Notes: a model not told the origin generated them from the sequence alone. A stretch of 64,000 nucleotides of DNA from an uncultured Chloroflexia bacterium (GCA_963797095.1 CAWCNY010000006.1:512001-576000), one strand, 5' to 3'. Counted from the stretch's first letter, positions 39,664-51,136 are shown. Translations and numbers: made by a program.

Positions 39664-40890
39664 ATGTGGCGAGATAGGATGTTGCTGGCGGTGTCGTTCG
39701 CGGTGTTCGCGGCTTATGTTGGCACCACTATGATCGTACCTGTGCGCGTCCTGTTTGTGGAGCAGCAGGGCGCTTCTCTTACCATCATCGGGGCGATGGC
39801 AACCGCCTTCCTGATCTCCAACTTCATCTTCCAGTATCCGATGGGCTGGATCGCCGACCACTGGGGCCGCAAGAATCTCATGTTCGCTGGCCTTCTTTGC
39901 CAGGCCCTGATCTCGCTCCTTTACATAGCCGTAACCGACCCAATCCTGTTTGTGATGCTTCGCTTCATCGAAGGCATCGCAAGCGCTACTATGCTATCGC
40001 CAGCCAGGGCGATGATCATCGACATGACTCAGTCCGACAAGCGCGGACAGGCGTACGGTGTGTTCAACACCTTCTTCAATGCAAGCTGGGTGCTGGGACC
40101 CGGCATAGGGAGCCTGCTGGCAGCCTGGAGCTACCAGTCTGTGTTCGTGGGGGCGTTCCTTGCCCGCATAATCGCTTCCGTTGTCGTATTGCTGGTGGTG
40201 CGGGAGGTGCGCAAGACGCGGGCCGAGGCAGCCGAGGCGAGCCGCCGTGTTTCGCTCCGCGAGTTGCTTACGTTGCCCCTTGTGGGCGCTTACATCCTGG
40301 TCTTTGGTGATTATCTTTATTTGGGCTTCGACCAGACCCTTTTCCCAATCTGGATGCATGATAACCTGGGCGCTACTGTAACCTTGATAGGTTTGACCTA
40401 TATTACATGGGGAGGCCCTCCCACTCTCCTGTCGTCGGTTGGGGGCCGTATCGCCGACCGGGTACGCAGGTCGTCGCTGATATTGGCGTTTGGGCTGGCG
40501 CAAGTGCCGATATACGTGATATATGGGCTGCTCGATGTGGCCTGGCCTATCCTGGTGCTCGGCGTGATCCACTCGTCGATCTACGCGATGATGCAGCCCG
40601 CCGTGGACTCGCATCTGGCGGCTTCCTCGATTGAGAATGCGCGAGGTCGGGTGCAGGGCTTCTATTCGTCCGTGGGGCTTACGGCGGCATTCATAGGAGC
40701 CAACGGCTTCACCCTCCTCTACGGCGTGAATTTCCGCTTGCCCCTGTTCACTATGGCGCTGCTGTTCGGGCTTTGCGTGGTAATTGGCGGCTCGCTCGTG
40801 AGGCTGAGTGAGGCGCGGGGTCTGGTGGTGGGGCCCGAGAGTGCTAGGAAAGAAGGAAGCTCTCTATCTCCTCCGCAGACAGTACCTTAG
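39664..40890 (+). CDS. MFS transporter (DHA1-like)
   Basis: GWIADHWGRK, RFIEG, GRIADRVRR; about 12 TM. Confidence 0.9.
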   Translation: MWRDRMLLAVSFAVFAAYVGTTMIVPVRVLFVEQQGASLTIIGAMATAFLISNFIFQYPMGWIADHWGRKNLMFAGLLCQALISLLYIAVTDPILFVMLRFIEGIASATMLSPARAMIIDMTQSDKRGQAYGVFNTFFNASWVLGPGIGSLLAAWSYQSVFVGAFLARIIASVVVLLVVREVRKTRAEAAEASRRVSLRELLTLPLVGAYILVFGDYLYLGFDQTLFPIWMHDNLGATVTLIGLTYITWGGPPTLLSSVGGRIADRVRRSSLILAFGLAQVPIYVIYGLLDVAWPILVLGVIHSSIYAMMQPAVDSHLAASSIENARGRVQGFYSSVGLTAAFIGANGFTLLYGVNFRLPLFTMALLFGLCVVIGGSLVRLSEARGLVVGPESARKEGSSLSPPQTVP

Positions 40891-41509
40891 CAAAACCCTT
40901 CCGCAACGTCATTAGCTCCGGCTCTTGCATATCAGGGTCGTCGGTGGCGGTTATGTCGCTGCCGAACACGACCTTGAAGCCGCGTTCATATGCCTGGCGG
41001 GCAGTGGTACCGCAGCAATAGTTGGTGAGGCAGCCGCAGATTATCACGGTGTCCCTCTGCATGTTATGGAGTATCGTTTCGAGCGGGGTGTCGTAAAAGG
41101 CCCCGTAGGAGGGCTTGTGAATCACGACCTCGCCTGGAAGCACAGGCAATTCGTGCCAGATAGTGCCTTCAGAGAACCAACCGGCATCGTCGGGACCGAG
41201 GTCGGGAAAGCGGTTGGGCATGTATTTGCCGCTGGCGGGCCTGTCGTACTATTCGTGAGTACGGGCGAACGCGGTCCAGATCACGGGCACTTTCGCTTGT
41301 CTGCATGTCTCGACAAGAGCGCGGATGCGGGGCACCTGACGGGTGGCTTCGGGAACCCAATACGGGGTCCATTCGGGTTTGACGAACTCGTCCTGCATAT
41401 CGATCACCAGCAAGGTGCACCTCGCCGGGACGATTTCAAACCGGGCGCTGTCTTCCCGGTAGGCTTTGCGGACGAGAGCTAGCACTTCCTCTTCGGTGAA
41501 ACGTCGCAC
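40844..41509 (-). pseudogene. Isochorismatase/cysteine hydrolase family gene interrupted by an in-frame TAG (41251-41249)
   Basis: LLVIDMQDEF, KPSYGAFYDT, GCLTNYCCGTTAR in the same frame either side of THE*YDRP; GGAGG RBS before GTG 41509. Confidence 0.75.
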
Positions 41510-41528
41510 CTTTATTCCCTCCAATGTC

Positions 41529-42872
41529 TTAGCCCGACACGATAACGCTCCAGAAGACGAGGGTGAAGTCGTAGATGCCGTGGACAATAGCGGAGGTGCT
41601 GGTGTTGGTAAGGGCGCGGATTATGCCAAGGATCAGGCCGATGATGAACACACTCAACAGGCCGTCGAGGCCGTACTGGAAGGCGTGGAGGCTGGTGAAG
41701 ACCAGATTGGAAGCGATAAGGCCGATACGGGGCTGGAGGAGTCCGCGCACTGCCATTTCTTCGCCTATGCCCGCGGTTACTCCTATCAAGATGGCACCGA
41801 AGGGGGTGATCAGGTTGGCGAGCAGCTGATCGAAGGCGGCTGTGTCGGTGGTGGACCAGCCCAGCGTCTGCCAGAGCCGATTGATGCCGGGGTCGATCAC
41901 ATAAGAGGCCACAACGGCGAGGACAAGTCCTGCGCCGACGCCGAAACCAACCTGCGCGAGGGTGGGACGCACGAAGCCGAGGCGCTCTAACGCGGGGCGT
42001 ATGCGGCGAACAATGGGCCAGCCTGCGGCGATCAGGGCCACCGGGATCGTCCACACGAACTGGTAGATGAGGTCTTCCGGCCCGGCGCTAAGGGCCTGGC
42101 TGGTAGGGCCACTCCCTGAATTGTTTACAACGCTGAGAAGAGGCGGCTTACCTCCAAGCACGATGAGCGGGATGAAATCGCTGAAGAGGATCATCGTGAG
42201 GGCAGAGAGGGCGATCTTATGAACAAAGTTGTTGGGGTCGATGGGCATGATTCGCGATACCGCCACCCGCGCCGGTTTGAGCAACATGATCGCCGATAGA
42301 AGCACGCAGAGCAACAGGAGCAGCGTGCCAACCAGCAGGCCAATTCCCGCATTGGGGTCGAAGATTTCGGAGAGGGTAGAACTGTCAATGGAGCCGGGCT
42401 GAGATAGTAGCTGGTTGAATCCCGCGCTGTCACGCACGAAGCCCAGCAGAATATACGTGAGCGTGTTGAAGAAGAGGCCCCACACAACTATGCCGAGCAT
42501 AATGTAGGCAAAGAAGGCCAATGCTACATTGGATGGGTTTTTTACAGCGCCATAGGAAAAGGCCGCAAGAGCGGCGAGTGGAATAAAGACCACACCTATC
42601 GTAAAGAAACTGCCCAACTCACCCGTCAGGGCGAGCACCACGCCCGCCGCGATCAGCGCGACAAGTATGATCCCGCCAATTATGAGGGTCTGCCTGCTGA
42701 TTTCACGTCGAGGCGGTGCGCTATATGCTCCATTGGGGGTGGGTGAAGCTTGGCTACCGTAGGGAGGAGCGTAGCCGTCGAGTGGCGCGGGTGTGGGGTA
42801 ATAGGGCGCGGTTGGCTGGCCCTCTGAGGATGAGGGAGGTGTGGGTTGCGGGCCGCCTTCGGGGGTGTTCAT
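41529..42872 (-). CDS. CPBP (Abi/Rce1-like) intramembrane glutamic endopeptidase
   Basis: GIGEEMAVRG, FTSLH, AIVHGIYD. Confidence 0.88.
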   Translation of the reverse strand: MNTPEGGPQPTPPSSSEGQPTAPYYPTPAPLDGYAPPYGSQASPTPNGAYSAPPRREISRQTLIIGGIILVALIAAGVVLALTGELGSFFTIGVVFIPLAALAAFSYGAVKNPSNVALAFFAYIMLGIVVWGLFFNTLTYILLGFVRDSAGFNQLLSQPGSIDSSTLSEIFDPNAGIGLLVGTLLLLLCVLLSAIMLLKPARVAVSRIMPIDPNNFVHKIALSALTMILFSDFIPLIVLGGKPPLLSVVNNSGSGPTSQALSAGPEDLIYQFVWTIPVALIAAGWPIVRRIRPALERLGFVRPTLAQVGFGVGAGLVLAVVASYVIDPGINRLWQTLGWSTTDTAAFDQLLANLITPFGAILIGVTAGIGEEMAVRGLLQPRIGLIASNLVFTSLHAFQYGLDGLLSVFIIGLILGIIRALTNTSTSAIVHGIYDFTLVFWSVIVSG

Positions 42873-42959
42873 TTTCGTCTCCGTCAGGATTATTCCCTCT
42901 CAGTATAAAGGATAGCAAAGGATCGGGTCGGGGTAACTTGTATGGTACTTTGGTACAGG

Positions 42960-42988
42960 TTGTCACTTGAGGGGGAAATGCTTACAAT
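42960..42988 (+). promoter_or_regulatory. Putative sigma-70 promoter for the acidic microprotein
   Basis: TTGTCA-17 bp-TACAAT. Confidence 0.5.
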
Positions 42989-43086
42989 CGTGTTGACCGC
43001 ACCAGGCATTCTCAATGTGACATGGTTACTTTGTATGCCGGCGATTTCCCGTTACCTGAGTCTACTGCCGAAAGGGGACAAAAATC

Positions 43087-43296
43087 ATGGATGCGGATAA
43101 CGCGATGGACGATGAAAAGAGCTTTGCAGCGGGCGACCTGGACGACCTGGCGGACGACATGGCCGATAAAGCAAGCGATGATGACAACCTGGATGACCTG
43201 GACGACCTGATAGGGGATGCCACCGACAAGGCAGATGATGCAGCAGGCGACCTGGGAGATGCAGATCTAGACGACCTGGACAACTCTGCACAGTAG
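43087..43296 (+). CDS. 69-aa Asp-rich microprotein
   Basis: AAAGGGG RBS, upstream promoter, downstream hairpin; 27 Asp. Confidence 0.65.
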   Translation: MDADNAMDDEKSFAAGDLDDLADDMADKASDDDNLDDLDDLIGDATDKADDAAGDLGDADLDDLDNSAQ

Positions 43297-43299
43297 TTG

Positions 43300-43368
43300 A
43301 GACGAAAGACGAAGGACGAAGGACGAATAAAGTTGTAGCTTGCGTCCTTCGTCTTTCGTCTTTCGTTC
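43300..43368. repeat. Inverted pair of heptamer arrays (GACGAAR / YTTCGTC), probable bidirectional terminator
   Basis: gacgaaagacgaaggacgaaggacgaa...cgtccttcgtctttcgtctttcgtt. Confidence 0.8.
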
Positions 43369-43369
43369 T

Positions 43370-44485
43370 CTACTTCAACTGCCTGGGGCGCTTGGTCAAA
43401 AATGGTGGGGCAGTGTGGATCGTATAGTTGGCCTTCGTCTCGATGTAGGCGATTATGATCAGGCCTAGCCAGAGGGTGCCCACCAGATAAGCGCCGCCCA
43501 CGTCAGAAGGCCAGTGGTGGCCCATGTAGATGCGGGAAGGGCCAACCAGGAGGATAATTCCCGCCAGCAGAGTGAGGAGCGCGGTGCGGAACCAGCGCTG
43601 CTTGAGGTGGGTGAAGACCAGGTAGAAGAGGAATCCGTAGAAGGTCACGTAGTGGACGACATGACCTGATGGGAAGCTAGCTTCGGTAAGCTCGCTGACT
43701 ACGCGCACGAGGTCTTTCGTGGGGCGTGGGCGAAGCACGCGGCTTTTGATGAGAACGGTGAGCAGGTCGCCTGTCCAGGTGGAGAAGGTGAAAGCGCTCT
43801 CCATGCGGAAGCCCGCAGCCCACATAAGCGTACCTGTAGAGGCACGCGTCCCCACGCTGATCCAGCGCCAGCCCAACTCACTCACCGCATGCATAAGCCT
43901 GTCGTACATGCGGGTAGTTGGGGCCTGTATGAGGCGAGTAATGCCTATATCACCGACGAAATAGCGGTGCTTGCGTGCCAGGAAAGCCACCACGCCCGCC
44001 AGGCCAACCAGTCCGCCGTAGACCACCAGGAAGTGCTTGCCGCGATAGATCGCTTTGCGCGGGGCGACGGTAATCTTTTGAGCGCCCTGCTGGACGGCGG
44101 CCGTTACCTGTTGGGCCGCTTGCTTTGCGGTGCCAACCACTGCCTGGACGGGGACTGGATGTTGTGTGCCCTTGTTTGCTTCGCTCTGGGCGACCTGGCC
44201 TGCCTCCCTTATTGGAGTGGGTACGTTTTGCGAGTGGGTATCGAAGGCTACAGCGGGTTCGGAATGCGGATCATCGAGGATATCCTCTTCTTCTTCCATA
44301 CCACTATCACCCGGGTCGAATGCTTCCGGATCAGTAGAAGATTGCTCAAGAGAAAGTATGCTCTCCTCATGAGCTATTTGGGGGTCCGATGGATCGTTCA
44401 GATGGGCTGTATCAAATAGTGATGCGCCACGATTCTCGGATTCCTCTTTGGTTGTGGGGAGTTCGTTGGAAGAATGGTCAAGCAT
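43370..44485 (-). CDS. PAP2-family phosphatase with long acidic N-terminal extension
   Basis: K..RPRP, SFPSGH, SRIYMGHHWPSDV. Confidence 0.88.
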   Translation of the reverse strand: MLDHSSNELPTTKEESENRGASLFDTAHLNDPSDPQIAHEESILSLEQSSTDPEAFDPGDSGMEEEEDILDDPHSEPAVAFDTHSQNVPTPIREAGQVAQSEANKGTQHPVPVQAVVGTAKQAAQQVTAAVQQGAQKITVAPRKAIYRGKHFLVVYGGLVGLAGVVAFLARKHRYFVGDIGITRLIQAPTTRMYDRLMHAVSELGWRWISVGTRASTGTLMWAAGFRMESAFTFSTWTGDLLTVLIKSRVLRPRPTKDLVRVVSELTEASFPSGHVVHYVTFYGFLFYLVFTHLKQRWFRTALLTLLAGIILLVGPSRIYMGHHWPSDVGGAYLVGTLWLGLIIIAYIETKANYTIHTAPPFLTKRPRQLK

Positions 44486-44533
44486 AGCGAGTTATATAGA
44501 CAGCTACTGAAGTAGTACCCAGCAGGTAGAGCT

Positions 44534-44576
44534 TGCAAGACCTATGCCAGGAAACATGCCTGGCATAGGTCTTGCT
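44534..44576. promoter_or_regulatory. Perfect 17-bp inverted repeat equal to two divergent sigma-54 (-24/-12) promoter motifs
   Basis: GCAAGACCTATGCCAGG-AAACATG-CCTGGCATAGGTCTTGC; each arm reads TGGCAT-AGGTC-TTGC(A/T). Confidence 0.7.
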
Positions 44577-44657
44577 TCCTTGTATTTCGTGCAACCGGCA
44601 TTGCCGATTGTATGACATCACGACACAGCATTCAAGTAATACAAGGGGGTAAGAACT

Positions 44658-45053
44658 ATGACTAGCTGGACACGTGGCAAAGAGAACGAAGAACGCGGCG
44701 AAGAGGAAATGCAAAGCCCGAACATCGGCGAGAAGATCGCAGGGGCCGGGCGAAAGATCGCCGGCGAAGTTGAACAAGGTGTGGATAACCTGGGAGATAC
44801 CCTCAGCGGAAAGCAGAGGGACTTGCAGGGCGATACCAGAAATGCAGTTGATGATGCAGGCAGGTGGATGGAACGCACAGGCGAGGAGATCCGCGATTCT
44901 ACCGATGCCGCTCACGACCAGGCACGCGACACAGTCGATAAGGCCGGTGAATGGGCCGAGCACCGAGGTGAAGACATCGATCGTGCAGCTGATAAGGCCG
45001 GAGATTGGGCTGAGCAGCGTGGCGACGAAATCAAGAGGAACACCTCTTCTTAA
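44658..45053 (+). CDS. Hydrophilic general-stress (LEA/CsbD-like) repeat protein
   Basis: Repeats DKAGEWAEHRGEDI / DKAGDWAEQRGDEI; AAGGGGG RBS. Confidence 0.7.
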   Translation: MTSWTRGKENEERGEEEMQSPNIGEKIAGAGRKIAGEVEQGVDNLGDTLSGKQRDLQGDTRNAVDDAGRWMERTGEEIRDSTDAAHDQARDTVDKAGEWAEHRGEDIDRAADKAGDWAEQRGDEIKRNTSS

Positions 45054-45125
45054 ACTCAAGTGATGCCGGACCTGCACGAATAGATCATTCACGGGTATCC
45101 GGCGAACCTTCTCGTAGCCTATGCG

Positions 45126-45153
45126 GGAGTGCACAGTCGTGCACTCCTTTCTT
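45126..45153 (+). terminator. Intrinsic terminator
   Basis: GGAGTGCAC-AGTC-GTGCACTCC-TTTCTT. Confidence 0.75.
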
Positions 45154-45302
45154 GTTGGATTGCGTCTCTTAAATTCATTGATTCACAGGCTGGATGTGCT
45201 ATAGTGGAATGGGCAAATAGCTGTTCTTCGTACTCACAAGTGCAAAATTATGAAATCATAAGAGGCTATTTGCCGTATATAAAATAAACCCAGGAGATAG
45301 CT

Positions 45303-46280
45303 ATGACCGCTGTTACTGCAACGGTGGAGGCCGCCCGCGCCTTAGATAACGGGCAGGCCCCGGCGATTGAGGTTCGGGACCTGAAAAAGTACTACGGAGC
45401 TACCAAAGCGGTGGACGGTATCAGCTTCGAAGTCAGGCGGGGGGAGGTGTTCGGGATGCTCGGCCCCAACGGGGCGGGCAAGTCCACTACCACTGAGATA
45501 ATCGAGGGTTTGCGCAAGCCCGACTCCGGTACGGTGCTGGTGCTGGGCATGGACGTTGCCCGCCACTCTCAGGAGGTCAAGGCGCGGATCGGCGTGCAAC
45601 TCCAGACGACCGCGCTCTATCCACGACTGACGGTACGTGAGGTGCTCGACCTGTTCAGGACATTTTTCGATGGCGAGACCGTCGATACCGACACGCTGAT
45701 AGACACGGTCAACCTGCGCGAAAAGGAGAAGACCCTGTGCCGTGACCTGTCGGGCGGGCAACGGCAGCGCTTATCGGTGGCACTGGCGCTTGTGAACAAG
45801 CCGGAGGTGGTATTTTTGGACGAGCCAACCACCGGCCTCGATCCGCAGGCACGCCGAAGCATGTGGGCCACGATTTCCGATATCCAGAAGGCGGGGGCCA
45901 CCGTCTTCATGACCACGCACTATCTGGAGGAAGCCGAGACGCTGTGCGACCGGGTGGCCGTGGTGGACATGGGCAAGATAATCGCCCTGGATACCCCCAA
46001 CGCGCTGATCAATCAGAATTTCAAGGAATCGGTTATCGAGTTTGATTTGAAGGGCGCGATGCCGCCTGATGAGACCTTTCGCACCCTCAAAGGCTCTATC
46101 CGGTGGGAGGTAGACGAAAGCCAGCACGTTACGATCTACACCACTGATACTACAGCGACAATCAGCGCGTTGACCGACCTGGCCGAGGTCGGGACGATCA
46201 GCTTCGATTCGTTGGGCGTGCGGCGGGCGACCCTCGAAGACGTGTTCCTCAAGATTACGGGCAAGCGGATCAGGGAATAA
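45303..46280 (+). CDS. ABC-2 (DrrA/NodI-like) exporter ATP-binding protein
   Basis: GPNGAGKS, LSGGQ, FLDEPTTGLD, TTH. Confidence 0.93.
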   Translation: MTAVTATVEAARALDNGQAPAIEVRDLKKYYGATKAVDGISFEVRRGEVFGMLGPNGAGKSTTTEIIEGLRKPDSGTVLVLGMDVARHSQEVKARIGVQLQTTALYPRLTVREVLDLFRTFFDGETVDTDTLIDTVNLREKEKTLCRDLSGGQRQRLSVALALVNKPEVVFLDEPTTGLDPQARRSMWATISDIQKAGATVFMTTHYLEEAETLCDRVAVVDMGKIIALDTPNALINQNFKESVIEFDLKGAMPPDETFRTLKGSIRWEVDESQHVTIYTTDTTATISALTDLAEVGTISFDSLGVRRATLEDVFLKITGKRIRE

Positions 46281-46298
46281 GAGGAGAGATGAACTGCC

Positions 46299-47390
46299 AT
46301 GAATACTAAAGCATTCTTTCAGCTTTACCTGGCGAACCTCAAAGAGTTCACGCGAGATCGTATGGCTATGTTCTGGACACTGGCCTTTCCTATCTTCTTC
46401 ATCGTGCTGTTCGGGATAATCTTCAGTGGGAGCGGCAACACCACTTTCAATGTAGGGGTGGCGGTGGAAGATAATGGGGCGCTGGGTGCGCCCCTGGGAA
46501 AGGCGTTCAGTTCGGTAAGCGCATTCACTGTGACCGATGGCACTCGCGACGACCTGGTGGACAAGCTCAAGCACGGCGACCTGGACGTGGTGATCATAGT
46601 GCCCCAGGGCGTGTCGCAGTCGGTGACGGCGGGCAAGACCGCTGACGTAGAAGTGTATTACGACCCATCAAACCAGACCACCAGCCAGGTAGTGCTCACC
46701 ATCGTGCAAAAGGTGGTTGATGGGTTTGACCAGCAGATAACGCAAAGACCCACGTTGCTGGAGATCAAGCCGGAGACAATCACCGTCGAGGGGCTGCGGT
46801 CGATAGATTATCTATTGCCCGGCATACTGGCAATGTCGCTGATGCAGCTGGGGTTGTTCGCCACGGCCCCCGCGCTTGTGCAACTCCGAGAACAGCAGGT
46901 GCTGCGACGGATCGGGGCCACTCCGCTCCCGCGCACGACCCTGCTGGCGGCGCAGATGGCCCACCGCCTGACAATCGGCCTGACTCAGACGGCGATCATA
47001 ATACTGGTGGGTACGTTGCTGTTCAACGTTCACGTTATCGGCAACTGGGGTATGCTGGTGGGGGTGGTGCTGGTAGGGGCGATTATGTTCGTGACGATGG
47101 GCTACATGATCTCAGGGTTTGCCAAGACGCAAGATAGCGTTGTCGGGATCAGCCAGCTTATCAACTTCCCCATGATGTTCCTGTCGGGCATCTTCTTCCC
47201 ACTGACGTTGATGCCCGCGTGGATACAGCCCGTGGTATCGGCCCTACCTCTCACCTACCTGGGCGATGCCCTGAGGCAGATAATGGTGGGAGCAACACCG
47301 GCTTACTCATTAGGGCTGGATATGGCTATCCTGGCTGCCTGGCTCGTTGTGTGCGGAGTGCTTGCGGTGCGCTTCTTCAAGTGGGAGTAG
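46299..47390 (+). CDS. ABC-2 exporter permease
   Basis: FWTLAFPI, YLLPGILAM, PMMFLSGIFFP, LPLTY. Confidence 0.92.
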   Translation: MNTKAFFQLYLANLKEFTRDRMAMFWTLAFPIFFIVLFGIIFSGSGNTTFNVGVAVEDNGALGAPLGKAFSSVSAFTVTDGTRDDLVDKLKHGDLDVVIIVPQGVSQSVTAGKTADVEVYYDPSNQTTSQVVLTIVQKVVDGFDQQITQRPTLLEIKPETITVEGLRSIDYLLPGILAMSLMQLGLFATAPALVQLREQQVLRRIGATPLPRTTLLAAQMAHRLTIGLTQTAIIILVGTLLFNVHVIGNWGMLVGVVLVGAIMFVTMGYMISGFAKTQDSVVGISQLINFPMMFLSGIFFPLTLMPAWIQPVVSALPLTYLGDALRQIMVGATPAYSLGLDMAILAAWLVVCGVLAVRFFKWE

Positions 47391-47452
47391 GATTACCGGA
47401 CGAAAGCGAAGGCATTTAGCACCTTCGTCCTTCGTTTACACCTTATTGATTA

Positions 47453-49147
<1,695 letters not shown>

Positions 49148-49166
49148 TTAGATGGGAAATGCAAGG

Positions 49167-49340
49167 TTATCTGCCGGACCGGCCTTTTGCCTGGGCGATT
49201 CCCTGGATCAGGCGCACGAACTCCAGCACATCAAGTGGCTTGGCAATATAGGCGTGTGCGCCCGCAGCTAGCAGGCGTTCGATCTGCCGGGCTAGCAGCT
49301 TCACCAGCAGCAGAGCACCTATTATTTGGACCGTTGGGCG
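49167..49340 (-). pseudogene. Fragment of a response-regulator receiver domain (C-terminal part)
   Basis: ARQIERLLAAGAHAYIAKPLDV matches receiver alpha4-beta5-KP; N-terminal acidic pocket and phospho-Asp absent. Confidence 0.5.
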
Positions 49341-49861
49341 GATGCTGCGGAAGAAAGGTGAGCCGGTTTTATCGCGCATTGCTAATCGTCCTTAAGGCCA
49401 TGTGAGGTTGTGGCGAATAGGAACCGCATCGTCAGCATAACTCGGGATAGCACCTGATTCGGAGGAACCTTGCCCGATAAAGCTGGTAGATACCAACGCT
49501 TAACATCGTTTAAAGACGCCACGATGAATACAAACTCGAGATCTGAATGGTCCTACAGCCGATTGCTCCAAGTACATGAGGAGCGCCCGGCAAGGTCGAT
49601 TATAGCACCCGGTCTTGTACCGCACAAGACTTTACAGGTGCCGGAGGTGGTGTGCTCATTCTAAACAGATAGCCGAAACCAGGCGATCAAACTGCCCGGA
49701 CCCTTCAATTTGCCCGGCGGCATTCTGCGATTTATCACTTTCGGCAGCAGTCGCATGATAGCGCAAGTTAGTGCACCTTATCGGCGTGGCTAAGGCGTTT
49801 GTGATAGAATAGTGGGGTTGATCAGCGGCATTTGAAGTTCGGTACCCAATTTTGGAGGTTC

Positions 49862-51136
49862 GTGATTAAGGATAACGAGTATCACTCAGGCGCTAGTACG
49901 CAGGGTGACGAGCCGGTAGCTGAGGAGTCGTTACACAACGCTCGCCGGAAGTTGGCTTCCGAAGGTGAGGCACAAGATAACGGCACGCCGCATGTGTCCA
50001 GGCCTCTCTTTCAAGAGTTGATCGATCTGCCGGAGATCGAGGTTGATACGGGGGAGACGCCGATCCCGCCTGATGAAAAGGCTGCGATCGAGGCGAACGC
50101 GCCCCTCCTGGCCGGGTCTGTAGAGGATATTGCCGAGGACCGGGCCTGGTTGAGCCACAGGCTACTCAACTTCCGCACCATTATTTCTTTTGCTCTGGCA
50201 ATCGGTATTATAGCCTTTCTTTTTACTCGCCTCGATATAAACCTGGAAGCAACCTGGAGCACCATCCTGACGGTGAACCCGCTGCTCTTCCTGGCGGGGT
50301 TCGTGGTGTACTATTCGGCTTTCTGGCTGAGGGGCGCGCGCTGGAAGCAGCTAATCCACAATGTGGGCCTTCACAAGGATGAGAATGTCAATCTGCCCAA
50401 TGTGAACGGGCTGGTGGAGATCATCTATCTATCATGGTTCGTGAACTGTATTGTGCCTGCCAAGTTGGGGGATGCCTACCGTAGCTACCTGCTAAAGCGC
50501 AACTCAGGCGTCTCTTTTTCGAGCACAATAGGCACGATCCTGGCCGAGCGCGTTATCGACTTGCTGGTGTTGTTCGGGCTGCTGGCTGCATCATTTACCC
50601 TCGTGGGGCAGCGGCTCGCCAGCGATTTTGCCGGTGGCGAATTCAACCTGGGCTTGGTGATGGCGGTCGGCGCGGGCATGGTGCTGCTGATCATAGCCGG
50701 GCTGGTCGGTTTGCGATTCTTCGGGGACCTGATGATCAAGTTGGTTCCGGGCAAATACAAGGAGAAATTCACCTCATTCCAGCAGGGCATCCTCCGGTCA
50801 TTCAAGCGCAAGAGCCTGCCCGCGCTATTGGGTTACACTGTGGTGATCTGGCTCTTCGAGGCAGGTAGGCTCTTCTTTGTCACCCGTTCTCTCGACGCGC
50901 AGGAAGTGACAATTTCAGCTGTGATTTTCATCGCCCTTCTTAGCTCGCTACTCACGACCCTGCCCCTGACTCCGGGCGGCGCAGGCGTGGTGGAGGGCGC
51001 GGTCGTGCTGGCGATGACTTTGTTCGTGGACAACCACAACCTCGCTGTCTCCATCGCCCTGCTCGACCGCCTGATCAACTACTGGAGCCTGATAGTTGGT
51101 GGGGCGATCCTATATTTGTTGAGCCGGCGGCGATAA
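49862..51136 (+). CDS. LPG-synthase-TM / AglD-like flippase domain membrane protein
   Basis: RGARW, NCIVPAKLGDAYR, ERVID, TPGGAGVVE, DRLINYW; GGAGG RBS before GTG. Confidence 0.88.
   Translation: MIKDNEYHSGASTQGDEPVAEESLHNARRKLASEGEAQDNGTPHVSRPLFQELIDLPEIEVDTGETPIPPDEKAAIEANAPLLAGSVEDIAEDRAWLSHRLLNFRTIISFALAIGIIAFLFTRLDINLEATWSTILTVNPLLFLAGFVVYYSAFWLRGARWKQLIHNVGLHKDENVNLPNVNGLVEIIYLSWFVNCIVPAKLGDAYRSYLLKRNSGVSFSSTIGTILAERVIDLLVLFGLLAASFTLVGQRLASDFAGGEFNLGLVMAVGAGMVLLIIAGLVGLRFFGDLMIKLVPGKYKEKFTSFQQGILRSFKRKSLPALLGYTVVIWLFEAGRLFFVTRSLDAQEVTISAVIFIALLSSLLTTLPLTPGGAGVVEGAVVLAMTLFVDNHNLAVSIALLDRLINYWSLIVGGAILYLLSRRR

Noticed and set aside
41249-41251. Genome-wide TAG recoding or pyrrolysine
   Set aside because: Many genes in the window (infB, def, guaB, ylxR) end normally at TAG and no pyl genes are visible
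43087-43296. RiPP biosynthetic cluster around the acidic peptide
   Set aside because: No modifying enzyme (radical SAM, ATP-grasp, YcaO, LanM) adjacent; kept only as an unexplained microprotein
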